DNA of 64,000 nucleotides, from positions 11,532,001-11,596,000 of the forward strand of contig CATNEN010000001.1 of NCBI GenBank assembly GCA_950097015.1, in the 5' to 3' direction. The stretch comes from Macrostomum hystrix (lineage: Eukaryota > Animalia > Platyhelminthes). Below, in pieces: positions 1 through 11,989 of this stretch; within the stretch, counting starts at the first letter, position 1, and every line of letters begins with the position of its first letter. A program made the translations under genes and the position numbers. The notes below the pieces were generated by a model. It was given only the letters and a program-made list of their open reading frames with translations, was not told where the DNA came from and did not search any database.

Positions 1-391
1 CAAAATGCTGCAAAACCTAGAATTGAGCATAATTTCTATTGCTCTAGATTAGACATTCCCCAGGTTATCATCTCGCGTAGTTCATAAACAAAAACAAGCT
101 AATATACACGTTGTACAGAATTTCATTCATTCTGAATGAATATATACATTTTTCACGTATAAATAAGTCGAAACAGCAAAACAAAATAGACATTAGCATC
201 AAAGCTCGTAGACTGGTATCCGGGTGGTTTGACGTAACGGTAATTTTAGAATAGATAATAACTGATTATACAACAGATAGAAGCTTAGCTTTCATGAAGG
301 TCGGAAAATTTCATTAGCAGATTAATTGAAAAAATGAATAACTGGCATTGAATGCGCATTCAACTACTACTACTGGCTCCAAGCAGTAAAA

Positions 392-707
392 GCAGTAGAG
401 GTTGTAGCCTAGTGGTTAGGGCGTCGGACTCACGACTTGAAGGTCGGGGGTTCGATTCCCGACTCCCCTGAACAATTTGTGTCCTTTAGCAAGACACTTA
501 ACTCTGCATTGTTTCAGTTCACCCAGCTGTTAAATGGGTACCAGCATCAGCTGGGATAATTGAAGGTGGGTGTGGCGTCCCCCCAGTCGATGGACTGAAC
601 AGCAGTACGCAGCCTTCAGATGCGCCGCGCATTAGCTGCGGCTGTGCTGTCGGCTGCACATCTGACCCAATTCGGGCAGGTGTAATCAATTATTACAATT
701 ATTATTT
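392..707 (+). mobile_element. tRNA-derived CORE-type SINE, full length
   Basis: tRNA-like head with A box (TAGCCTAGTGG) and B box (GGTTCGATTCC); CORE-like TGTGTCCTTTAGCAAGACACTTAAC; (ATT)n-like tail; 11-bp TSD AAGCAGTAAAA at 381-391 and 708-718. Confidence 0.8.
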
Positions 708-1705
708 AAGCAGTAAAAATAAACTGGAGTAACATTTCTTTATTTACAAACAGATATTTGAACGCATGCGCAAATTGCTCTACTTATTATGTCATGATTA
801 GCCATAATGGTGTGTGCTATTAGATTAAGAAAAAACTCCCGTTTTTAAGCTGCAGCTGAGTGGTTAGACAAGACAAGACAGACAAGACTTCTCTAATCCT
901 GGCTAAAATGGGTGTCAATTCTAATCTATAAAGATCAAAACGGATGCCGCCGTTTTTAGTTGGTCATTTTTAATTATAGCTGACTAAGCTATGCGCCAGT
1001 GAGCGCTAAGATCAAAGGATACCGCCGCTGCTTATCAAAACTCAATACGCCAGGTGCCAATAAGGATGCTGGCCTCTTAAACTTGCATTGTCGGCAAAGA
1101 TCAAAGCATTGAGCAAAGAAAAAAAACAGGTGCAAAGATAAACCTAGCCACACAATCGGAAGAATTTCAGCGCAATTAGCATTTTAAAAAATTAATCAAA
1201 AAAGGGAGACAAAAAAACAAAAAAGTAAGAAAATATTTGCCTTTGCGAATGAGGATAAAACAAAAGAACAGATTGGCATCGAGAGATGATAAATTAATCA
1301 CCGACAAAATGAGCACACAAAATTAAAAAAGAACAATACGAAAAATATAGTTTCTGGTCACCACCGAAAAAATTGAAAACAAAAATAAGCACTTAAACAG
1401 GCACGGACAGGTACCACATTACACGCATATTTACCTATAAATAGTTTCAACTTATATATATTTCGTCCAACACAAGCCTTTTCGATTCTATATTGTGAAA
1501 GCGTTATTTATAAACATTTATATGGAAGAGATCAAACAAAAGAATGCACGAGTTCAGATACTAAAATATTTGTTGAAAAGTTTCTCTTTATTTAATGACG
1601 AAATAATTGGCAACTATTACAATTATGCTGAACTGCAATTTTTTCCACGATTTGCTCGTTTGCTAACCATTGTTTATTGGCATTATATAAGATAAGACCA
1701 CAGGA

Positions 1706-2052
1706 ACTACCTGTTAGACAACTGCAGCTACCTGTTAGACAACTGCAGCTACCTGTTAGACAACTGCAGCTACCTGTTTGATAATTGCAGCTACCTGTTT
1801 GATAATTGCAGCTACCTGTTTGATAATTGCAGCTACCTGTTTAATAATTGCAGCTATCTGTTTGATAATTGCAGCTACCAGTTTAATAATTGCAGCTACC
1901 TGTTTAATAATTGCAGCTATCTGTTTGATAATTACAGCTACCTTTTTGATAATTGCAGCTACCTGTTAGACACCTGCAGCTATCTGTTAGAAACCTGCAG
2001 CTACCTGTTAGACACCTGCAGCTACCTGTTAGACACCTGCAGCTACCTGTTA
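1706..2052. repeat. 21-bp minisatellite (GCTACCTGTTTGATAATTGCA-type)
   Basis: about 16 visible tandem units; explains the spurious IIAATCL ORF. Confidence 0.95.
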
Positions 2053-3059
2053 GGATGCTATAGACACAAGCTTTTAAAAGAAAATTTTGCTACAAACTCA
2101 GCAATAAATGAAATTTCGTCTTTTCTAAGAACCAGTCTACGGAAAAAAGTGAATATTAATTTAGGAACAGGTAGAAAAATGAAAAGATTTATTAAATTTA
2201 AAGTGACGTAACTGCCTGCAGTGCAAGTGACAGCTTTCATTTGAAGCGATATGAATTTTTTCGCTAACCGGGAGAATGACAATGACAACAAATGTAAAAC
2301 TGGAGTACAATTGAAAAAATATCGTAATTTAAAATGATTGATTCGAAAAATGTATTTACAACTTGTGTGTGTAAATGAGTGTAAAATGAGTGCCGGGGCA
2401 CAACGGATGCACTTTAGCAGATGTACAATCGGAATAACGTGTGTGATAAATAGATATATTATACTAATACAATGTTTGCGGCGTTGGACCCGACAGTTTT
2501 TATGTTTCAGGTTTGTTTAAGCTAGTAAGTAACGACTATACCTTGAAATACGATAATTTTACCGTTAAAAACGTTTTAACGTTAAAGTTTTAACGCTACT
2601 TTCATAGCTGGCTAGCAACGTAACTTTTTTCACTTGCTGAAACTTTCGTGCCAGGTAAATCGGTACATCGTTAATTATTTCAGAATGCAGTCTAGTTTCC
2701 GACGCCACACGTGTTCAGTATAGCTGAATAAATTATTTTATTAACAAAAAATTGATTCAATGGATGGAAGGTTCGATTATTAGCGATCAAAAATGAGACG
2801 CTCAGCTCGGAATAATTTGAAAACGTTTGCGGTAACCAGGCGAAAAACATTTAAACTTTAAAATTTAAATAAAAACAAATCAAAGTAATATAGAAAATTT
2901 TCGTGTCAATATAAAGTTGCCAATTAACGAATAATCTAATTTATCATGCCAGTAAGATGCAAGGTTAACGATCTTTTCCAAATACGTTTCATTTTAATCG
3001 GTTTATGTTAGACATTCGCACTCTAAAAGTCGCATTCTTTACACTAGTAATTTATGTAA

Positions 3060-3272
3060 CTTTATTAAACTTCGTTACTTCTTGTAAACTACGAGCGTAA
3101 GGAACGTAAAACTGGGTACATTTAGTTACTTTCGAGAATTTCGTTACTTTTATAAAATGCGTTAATTCCTTGAATTTCGTTACTTTTGTGACTTTCGTTA
3201 GTTTTGAAAAATTCGTTACTTTTGTGAATTCTGTTACAATGAAACAGAATAACTTTGATTTCGTTACTTTTA
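3060..3272. repeat. degenerate ~20-bp TTCGTTACTTTT repeat just 3' of the menin stop
   Basis: recurrent TTCGTTACTT motif. Confidence 0.6.
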
Positions 3273-3276
3273 AGGC

Positions 3277-3975
3277 TTAAACGCAGTAATCCGAGCCAGA
3301 TCTGAACCGCAGTCGCTTAGCCCTGGCTGACTCGCCACTACTTGCCGAACCAGCCGAAGCTGATGACTGCTGCTGCTGCTGCTGATGCCGTTTAAACTGC
3401 ACCTGGCTCTGTGCAGTCAGCTGTAATTTAATAGCCGCCCCATTCAGCCTGGCCTGGCAGAACAGCGCAGCAATGCCGCTCATCTTTCGGCTGCGCAGAC
3501 TGACGGGAACAGTCTCGGAGGCAGTGGATGATGCGGTCGAATAAGTCGAATGCGCCGGAGAATTCGATGCCGGACAGTCGACCAAGAACACGGTGGAACT
3601 TAATCCCAGCAGGTAGTGGGGATTCAACAGGGCACTCGCGCAGCCCTTGGCTACGGTTCGCAGGCTGACGGGATCGTCATCGTTGACGGCGCCTCCTTCG
3701 TGACTGCTGCAACCGTCGCTGCTCAACTGGTCGTCATTCTTGTCGGCTGCGAAGCAGCAAGCCACTCGCAAGCGTTGCCTAGCAACTGAATTGAAGCGAA
3801 GCAGACAGTTCACAATGCGATCAGCCCAGCCGACGTGCAGCACGGGCGTGTTGCTGTCCTGCTCCCACAGGCAGATGGCATCGTAAAAGTGCAACAGAGC
3901 TGCTAGGCTGTGCGCGTCCGATGAGACAGACTCGCCGGCTGACCGAAGCAGGTGAGGAATTAGTTCGTTAGACAC
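3277..3975 (-). CDS. MEN1: menin, exon 4 of 4 (C-terminus)
   Basis: FYDAICLWEQDSNTPVLHVGWA and SRKMSG...AIKLQLTAQSQVQ match the menin C-terminal motifs; acceptor CCCAG|GTG at 3976/3975; stop at 3277. Confidence 0.9.
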   Translation of the reverse strand: MSNELIPHLLRSAGESVSSDAHSLAALLHFYDAICLWEQDSNTPVLHVGWADRIVNCLLRFNSVARQRLRVACCFAADKNDDQLSSDGCSSHEGGAVNDDDPVSLRTVAKGCASALLNPHYLLGLSSTVFLVDCPASNSPAHSTYSTASSTASETVPVSLRSRKMSGIAALFCQARLNGAAIKLQLTAQSQVQFKRHQQQQQQSSASAGSASSGESARAKRLRFRSGSDYCV

Positions 3976-4189
3976 CTGGGTGAGAGGGGTGATTAGATTA
4001 TCTTTATATACATAAATTAGCTCCGTAGATAGAGAACTATAAAAACAACTAACCCCACAAAAAAGCAATCGAGAGCCTAAGAATCAACCTTAAAAGCAGG
4101 GAGCCTAAAACTAAACCATGAAGAAAATGCAGTCGAGATCCTCGAACTACTGCATAAATAAAAAAAATTAAGAACCTAAAACCCCCCCC

Positions 4190-4831
4190 CCAGTAAACAA
4201 AATGCAGCCCAGAGCCTCAAACTACTCTATACAAAAAATGCAGTAGAGAGCCTCAAACTCCCCACATAAACAAAATACAGTAGAGAGCCTCAAACTACTC
4301 TATACAAAAAATGCAGTAGAGAGCCTCAAACTCCCCCCATAAACAAAATGCAGTCCAGAGCCTCAAACTACTCTATACACAAAATGCAGTAGAGAGCCTC
4401 AAACTCCCCACATAAACAAAATACAGTAGAGAGCCTCAAACTACTCTATACAAAAAATGCAGTAGAGAGCCTCAAACTCCCCCCATAAACAAAATGCAGT
4501 CCAGAGCCTCAAACTACTCTATACACAAAATGCAGTAGAGAGCCTCAAACTCCCCACATAAACAAAATGCAGTAGAGAGCCTCAAACTACTCTATACACA
4601 AAATTCAGTAGAGAGCCTCAAACTCCCCCCATAAACAAAATGCAGTTCAGAGCCTCAAACTACTCTATACACAAAATGCAGTAGAGAGCCTCAAACTCCC
4701 CACATAAACAAAATGCAGTAGAGAGCCTCAAACTACTCCATAGACAAAATGCAGTAGAGAGCCTTAAACTAATAGACACACAAAGTGCAGTGGAGAGCCT
4801 CGAAGCATGCCTTAAGTTACAGTTGAGAGCC
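4190..4831. repeat. 36/37-bp alternating minisatellite (73-bp dimer) in menin intron 3
   Basis: CAGTAGAGAGCCTCAAACT recurs at 4241, 4278, 4314, 4351 and onward. Confidence 0.95.
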
Positions 4832-4888
4832 TCAAATTATAATAGAGAGAAAGAAAGAGGCTAAACACGCTAGCATTAATTGACAAAC

Positions 4889-5309
4889 CTCGAACAGTTC
4901 CTTGTAGATCTCAGCGTCCTCTCGGCTATAGCTGTATTGTGCGACTGTTCGGGCGGCCAGGCACCAATAGCGCAGAGCAGGTCGGCACCGATTCCGCCTA
5001 TAGAAATAGCCACCCAGAGCCAAATATGGATAGACGTGGCTATTATTATAATAGACTAGATTGGCTCTGATTGCCTCATTGTACAATGCGACCGCTGCTT
5101 CGTCTCGAGAACCGCCGGCAATATCGCCATATTGATTATAATCAATGTAACCAGCGTCGACATTGTCGTCATTTAGACGATCCCGACGCCGCGGTGTGGG
5201 CGACGCGGCCTCCAAATCGGCCAGGTTAATTAACGCCAACGGATAGCATTTTAGATGACCGAAATCGTATAGCTGCCACAGCAGGCGTTGCTTCAATGTG
5301 GCAAGGGGC
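4889..5309 (-). CDS. MEN1: menin, exon 3
   Basis: LKQRLLWQLYDFGHLKCYPLALINLADLE and HVYPYLALGGY...YSREDAEIYKELFE match menin; acceptor CCAG|G and donor GAG|GTTTGT; phases consistent. Confidence 0.9.
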
Positions 5310-5333
5310 CTGGCGAAAATCAAAGTGGATTAG

Positions 5334-6270
5334 AAAGGTCATTGCCCTACCGATTCATTCTGGAAGGTCATTAACCTACCGATTCATTCTGGAAGGTCAT
5401 TAACCTACCGATTTCATTCTGGAAGGTCATTAACCTACCGATTCATTCTGGAAGGTCATTAACCTACCGATTCATTCTGGAAGGTCATTAACCTACCGAT
5501 TCATTCTGGAAGGTCATTAACCTACCGATATCATTCTGGAAGGTCATTAACCTACCGATTCATTCTGGAAGGTCATTAACCTACCGATTCATTCTGGAAG
5601 GTCATTAAACTACCGATATCATTCTGGAAGGTCATTAACCTACCGATTCATTCTGGAAGGTCATTAACCTACCGATTCATTCTGGAAGGTCATTAACCTA
5701 CCGATTCATTCTGGAAGGTCATTAACCTACCGATTCATTCTGGAAGGTCATTAACCTACCGATTCATTCTGGAAGGTCATTAACCTACCGATTCATTCTG
5801 GAAGGTCATTAACCTACCGATATCATTCTGGAAGGTCATTAACCTACCGATATCATTCTGGAAGGTCATTAACCTACCGATATCATTCTGGAAGGTCAAT
5901 AACCTACCGATTTTATTCTGGAAGGTCATTAACCTACCGATATCATTCTGGAAGGTCATTAACCTACCGATTTCATTCTGGAAGGTCATTAACCTACCGA
6001 TTTCATTCTGGAAGGTCATTAACCTACCGATATCATTCTGGAAGGTCAATAACCTACCGATTCATTCTGGAAGGTCATTAACCTACCGATTCATTCTGGA
6101 AGGTCATTAACCTACCGATTCATTCTGGAAGGTCATTAAACTACCGATATCATTCTGGAAGGTCATTAACCTACCGATATCATTCTGGAAGGTCATTAAC
6201 CTACCGATTCATTTTGGAAGGTCATTAACCTACCGATTTCATTCTGGAAGGTCATTAACCTACCGATTTT
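5334..6270. repeat. 29/30-bp minisatellite (GGAAGGTCATTAACCTACCGATTCATTCT) in menin intron 2
   Basis: about 32 near-identical tandem units. Confidence 0.97.
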
Positions 6271-6271
6271 A

Positions 6272-6380
6272 TTCATGTGTGTGTTCACACAGTGCGTTCT
6301 AGTTGCTAATTGGCCTTGTTATTGCGTTATGATTGGTTATTACACATAGGGGCAGGTGTAATCAATTATTATTATCAATT
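6272..6380 (+). mobile_element. 3' fragment of a retroposon sharing its tail with the 392-707 SINE
   Basis: GGGCAGGTGTAATCAATTATTA identical to 674-695 but the upstream sequence differs. Confidence 0.5.
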
Positions 6381-6426
6381 ATTCTACAAAGACTAATATT
6401 AATATTAAAATGCGACAAAAGCTTAC

Positions 6427-7112
6427 TTTGACTGCAGCTGATGATGAAGCTGATGATGCTGCTGATGAGTCTGATGTTCAGCAGTTGCCGCGGCAGTTAA
6501 TCCAGTCATTCGCGGACTAATTGACGTTACCATAGCAACCATAGTTAACCAGTGCGTCTCGCAGACAACAGGATTGCCATTCAAATATAGCCAGGAGTTG
6601 CTAGTGCCGTGTACCGAGGCGCCCCCGCTACCGCCGACACCAGAAGCCGTCTCGGACGTCAGTACAGACTGACCGCGCAGTGACTGCAAGCCTCTACCAG
6701 CCCAACTGATCTCAGCGCTGTGCTCCAGCTGATCGCCGAACACTAGCCAGGCGTGATCCTCGCTAAGTGCCAATCGCACAGTTGGCACATCCAGTAACTG
6801 ACAAGCCGCTACAACAGCCAGGCAGACTCCGAATGTGTCCAACTTTGGCGGGTGATGCGGGCCGCTGTTAACCAGACTGTACAGCGACTGGCAGTGAGTG
6901 AGCTCGGCTAGGCCTACACTGTGTCTCAGCCTGTACCAGATTAGGTCGGCAATCTGGACGATAACGTGGCGCAGTAATTCGGCGAACCAGGCACAGCCCG
7001 GCAGCTGCAGAATGCGCAGATCTACGCTAGACCAGTCAAGCTTTTTCAGGCGAGCAGACAATGCGGCTGAGTCTGTGTTATTGTTGCTGCTGTTGCTGAG
7101 TAGAACCAGCTC
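6427..7112 (-). CDS. MEN1: menin, exon 2
   Basis: IADLIWYRL..HCQSLYS..KLDTFGVCLAVVAACQLL..LALSEDHAWLVFG..SWLYLNG match menin; acceptor CTAG|GAG and donor AA|GTAAG. Confidence 0.92.
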
Positions 7113-7312
7113 CTAGGATGACAGAGGACAAGCCGCTCAACTCGAGACAGAACTCCCTCCTCAAGCATCACAGAATCACAGAACATCGGCATCGTCGAGA
7201 TATTCAACGATTTTCGTCGGGGTTTGGTTTGGCAAAAACCAAAAATAGGCAAAAATTAGCTGCTCACAAAATGGTATTTTGTATTTTGTCTTGCATAAAT
7301 GTTAAGTATAGA

Positions 7313-7370
7313 ATAATACCCCCCCTGATTTCGTTCCTAGGCCATAGACAACGATGTCAGGGGGGTATTA
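7313..7370. mobile_element. tiny inverted-repeat element (mini-MITE or hairpin)
   Basis: TAATACCCCCCCTGA ... TCAGGGGGGTATTA inverted ends around a ~28-bp spacer. Confidence 0.5.
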
Positions 7371-7372
7371 TA

Positions 7373-8092
7373 GTATAGCTTTTGCCATTCAATCTCAGTG
7401 TTTTGTCATTCATACTCAGCCCCCATAGAATTAATCCAGCCAGTTGGCGCGGTTTGGCCCATAAACTATCGCTCTTTGCCATTCAATCTCGGGTTTTGTT
7501 ATTCAAACTCAGGCTTTATAAGCTCGGTCTCTCAAACGCAGTCCTCCAAAAGACAGCTAAATTACAAATTTATTCCATTGCATTTGCTTACATGGCCCAA
7601 CTTACATGGGCCATGTGCTTACATGGAGCGCCTGGGCCACGTTGCACTGGACACCCTGACGCCTCTGAAGGCAGCAAACTGGGAGATTGCCTGCAGCCGA
7701 CTGTATCCACGGTGCATTATGCAAATTCCTTTTCTCTGAGTCATTGTTCTGATCCAAGACATTAACAATTCCGCTCAAATCCGTATTTTCCTCACTATGA
7801 TGCTATAAGAGGTGTTTGACTTGTAATGTGTATGAACTGCATTATGTTTAACAAGTTTAACAGGTCTGTTTTTCGGTCCTGTGTTACATGAGCCGAGCTG
7901 AGGAATAATAACCTGTTCATTCCTTATCCACATTCCTTCTCCACATTAAAGCCTGAGTTTGAATGACAAAACCCGAGATTGAATGGCACGGAGCGATAGT
8001 CTATGGGCCAAACGGCGCCAACTGGCTGTATTAATTCTATGGGGGCTGAGTATGACTGACAAAACACTGAGATTGAATGGCAAAAGCTATAC
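7373..8092. mobile_element. MITE with ~145-bp TIRs and TA flanks
   Basis: GTATAGCTTTTGCCATTCAATCTCAGTG...AGGCTTTA (7373-7518) is inverted at ~7948-8092; flanked by TA on both sides. Confidence 0.88.
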
Positions 8093-8128
8093 TAAAACTG
8101 TTTACAGCAACTGTGACCATAGACTATA

Positions 8129-8701
8129 GGCCGAATGAATAAATTGAGCAATTGCTCATGAGTAAATGTTCCTACTCTGAGTTTGAGCAACCGCTCACTT
8201 TTCGTATGAATAATGATTTATCTCAAACTTCGAGCAAGTTCCCAGCCACCCGAGCAGTTGCTCGGCGAATTTGTACCATAGACAAAATGGTGATCAAAAT
8301 CACTTCCCTCTTCTTTGCTGTTTAATGGAACGAACGAGGCTCGCCTCGCAAGCAAGATTTGCTACGTGGTATAAAAAAATGTCGACTAAAGACGAATACG
8401 ATGATATTTTCGTTCGCTATGCTAACAGAGCAGTAGGAAAGTATGATGCTGAATAGGCGCTGAGCACGCTGCCGACTTGACTCAAGAAAACGCGAGCAAA
8501 TGCTTCAGACATTTGTCTATGGCCAGAGTTTATTCTTGCTGACGCGAGTCTCTACTCAGTCACAGAGCAATTGCTCGAGGGGTGAACACTAACTCTTGAG
8601 ACAATCATGTTGAGCATTTGCTCAGCAGCAAGCACTCACTTTATTCCTTCTGAATTGAGAATCTCGTAGACTGAGCAATTGCTCACTTTATTCATACGGC
8701 C
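8129..8701. mobile_element. MITE, GGCC-terminated (PIF/Harbinger- or ISL2EU-like)
   Basis: TIR GGCCGAATGAATAAATTGAGCAATTGCTCA / TGAGCAATTGCTCACTTTATTCATACGGCC; TA flanks; internal GAGCAATTGCTC palindrome variants. Confidence 0.8.
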
Positions 8702-9131
8702 TAATATGTTTAATCGGCCTAGGCCGTTAAATGACTGGCTTAGGCCAGTTAAATAATAAATACATAGAATTAGTAGCCAATAGGCCGTGCCAAGCTGGGG
8801 ATTAAATGTATTTTGTATTGATTATATTGATAATTTATACAATTTTAACCAACATGGGCTCGTCAAATAGGTTTATACAGATCAGCTTATGTGTCCTTGT
8901 CACCAGGATCTTCGACAAGAATCTCGAAGATGCTGGCACGGATGGCTTTGAAAGTTAGTTCATCGGCGGAAAATTTAGATCCAAATTGTGGACTATAACG
9001 AAAATCGGTCATTCGGTTTGGTGAAGTATGCAGTATATTTGAAATACCTCCATCCCTGCTCTTTCCCCAGGGGAGAAAATGGCGTTCTCTCTCTACTGTT
9101 AAAGATTGTGGCAGCAAATTTGAAATCTCAC

Positions 9132-9494
9132 CTGTTCAATCCTAGTCCTGTGCTTGGTCAGGTCGAATCGCATATTAAACACATAGACAGTGAAGGAGTC
9201 GGACAGTCGATCCAGTTGAGCCAAGTCCAGCTCGGAAAAGTACACGTCAGAGTTCGCTTCGTCAGTAGATTCGGTTGCTGGCAAACCGGATGTGAGTCGA
9301 TGCTCAATGTCGCCAAACATGATTGACAGCTGTGCAAGGCAGGGCTCTGTCTCGCGCCTGAGTATACAATCAATCAGGGCCAGGACATCGTCGACTGAAG
9401 CCAGGCGCTGAGGCAGACGATAGCGTTTGAGCAGGTTGAGAAAACTGCAACTCACAATACCAGCGCCAAGCAGACTCGAAGATGATGTGGACAT
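9132..9494 (-). CDS. MEN1: menin, exon 1 (spliced CDS 2169 nt, about 722 aa)
   Basis: RLASVDDVLALI..EPCLAQLSIMFGDIEHRLT matches the menin N-terminus; ATG at 9494; donor CAG|GTGAG; four exons sum in frame. Confidence 0.85.
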
Positions 9495-9532
9495 TGCAGA
9501 CTGCTGCAGTGGGATGAAGAGCAACGAGTTAT

Positions 9533-10245
9533 CCTTTGTCTATTCAATCATTTATCCTCTGTCTATTCCATCAGTTATCCACTATCTATTCAATCATTTA
9601 TCCTCTGTCTATTCCATCAGTTATCCACTATCTATTCCATCAGTTATCCACCATCTATTCCATCAGTTATCCACTATCTATTCCATCAGTTATCCACTAT
9701 CTATTCTATCAGTTATCCACTATCGATTCAATCATTTATCCTCTGTCTATTCCATCAGTTATCCACTATCTATTCAATCAGTTATCCTCTGTCTATTCCA
9801 TCAGTTATCCACTATCTATTCCATCAGTTATCCACTATCTATTCCATCAGTTATCCACCATCTATTCCATCAGTTATCCACTATCTATTCCATCAGTTAT
9901 CCACTATCTATTCCATCAGTTATCCACCATCTATTCCATCAGTTATCCACCATCTATTCCATCAGTTATCCACTATCTATTCCATCAGTTATCCACTATC
10001 TATTCCATCAGTTATCCACCATCTATTCCATCAGTTATCCATTATCTATTCCATCAGTTATCCACTATCTATTCCATCAGTTATCCACTATCTATTCCAT
10101 CAGTTATCCACTATCTATTCAATCAGTTATCCATTATCGATTCAATCAGTTATCCACTATCTATTCCATCAGTTATCCACTATCTATTCCATCAGTTATC
10201 CACTATCTATTCCATCAGTTATCCATTATCTATTCCATCAGTCAT
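9533..10245. repeat. 23-bp minisatellite (TCTATTCCATCAGTTATCCACTA) upstream of the menin ATG
   Basis: about 30 tandem units; the 23-aa periodic ORFs are artefacts. Confidence 0.96.
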
Positions 10246-10870
10246 ATCAGTGATAAAGCTATACTCCTAAAGCTGTAAGTTGAGAGTAAGAAAAACATCA
10301 AATAAGACAACTGACAGGTGACAATCAAAGTCTATTTTTAGCGCTTTTACGATTTTTGTTTGTTTTGTAAACAATAAATTAAAAAAAGAATACGTTATTT
10401 ACTAACGAAACGAAAGAAACATATGAAGAACAGAAAATTTACGAACAAAAGTTGTTGCTGAGAAATGCAACTTAAAAAGGCGGTAAAACAAACTGGGACT
10501 AAATAAAAAAAACAGAACAAAAAGTAAAAAAGAACTCTATAAGCAATAAGAACACAAAGGATGAATGTAGATAGAAAATGCAGTATTGAAATTAGCACAA
10601 CTTGTAGTTAAGATTTGACAACATGGGCTGTGAAGTTTATTCATTTAATAAGTTTTTTTATACGAATCTTGTTTTTATAGCAGAGAAGAAAAATTAGGTA
10701 TTAATAATAATAAAAACACTATATTATAACGAAAATATAAATTTTTAGTTACAGAGGAATGCTAAATAACATTACAATATTGCTTTTATAACTAAAAAAC
10801 TAAAAAACTAAAGAGGAACTTAATTAATTAAAAAAAATTTAATTTCCATTAATTTAGTCCTCTTGCAGGT

Positions 10871-11305
10871 TTGCAAATTTGCAACCAGACAGTCAAAGAT
10901 TGCAACCAGACAGTCAATAATTGCAACCAGACATTCAATAATTGCAACCAGACAGTCAAAGATTGCAACCAGACAGTCAAAGATTGCAACCAGACATTCA
11001 ATAATTGCAACCAGACAGTCAAATATTGCAATCGGATAGTCAATAATTGCAACCAGACAGTCAAAGATTGCAACCAGACAGTCAATAATTGCAACCAGAC
11101 AGTCAATAATTGCAACTAGACAGTCAAAGATTGCAACCAGATAGTCAATAATTGCAACTGGATAGTCAAAGATTGCAACCGGATAGTCAATAATTGCAAC
11201 TGGATAGTCAAAGATTGCAACCGGATAGTCAATAATTGCAACTGGATAGTCAAAGATTGCAACCGGATAGTCAAAGAATGCAACCAGAGAGTCCATTATT
11301 GCAAC
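10871..11305. repeat. 21-bp minisatellite (TTGCAACCAGACAGTCAAAGA-type)
   Basis: about 20 tandem units. Confidence 0.95.
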
Positions 11306-11505
11306 TAACCTATGAAATATTGCAACCGGCTTATTAAAGACTGCAAAGTGGTAATAAGATATCTAATATACCTATTTAAAATATATATAAGTTACAAAAC
11401 GATGAGCTTAATGATACAATACTCAATGAAAGAAAGATTTTTGATTGTTTTCCAAAGAGACCAAACAGAAATACGGGGATGAGTCTGATATCATTTGGCT
11501 GATAA

Positions 11506-11933
11506 TTAGCGGTCACGATGCTGCTGCTGCTGCTGCTGCTTAGGCGGGCACTGCGGCTGAACAGGCAGCAACTCCAGTTCGGCTAGCAGGGAGAAATGAT
11601 CTGACGAGATGTGCGGATGCGGGCAGCCGATGATGCCATTCTGGCTGAACCAGGCATCCGGGATCATGTCCAGGTAGCCGATGTTGTTAAAGTGATTGGC
11701 CGTGAAGAATATGTAATCTATGACGCCGCGAAAACCGTAGGTGAAATTCGTGCAACCGTTGGCGCCGAAATAGCACGGCAACAGGTTGAAATCGTGCTCA
11801 AGATGCTCGCAGGCCTCGGACAGAGGACAGCCCCGTCGCGGTGTCAGCTTGTCCAGGATGTTGGCATAGCCTAGCTCCTTGAAGTCCAGGTGGGATTTGT
11901 TCACCCGACCACTGGACAGGTACTCGAAGACAC
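11506..11933 (-). CDS. CNOT6: CCR4/CNOT6 deadenylase, exon 4 of 4
   Basis: GVFEYLSSG, FTYGFRGVIDYIF and GCPHPHISSDHFSL EEP motifs; acceptor CTAG|GT. Confidence 0.92.
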
Positions 11934-11989
11934 CTAGGTATCAGAATAGGAACATATGCTAGCGAAGGGCTTTAAATAGGACAGTTATA

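Noticed and set aside
398-470. tRNA gene
   Set aside because: Acceptor and anticodon stems do not pair properly; it continues into a SINE body with TSD
9427-11296. ORFs of 82-283 aa
   Set aside because: Minisatellite translations
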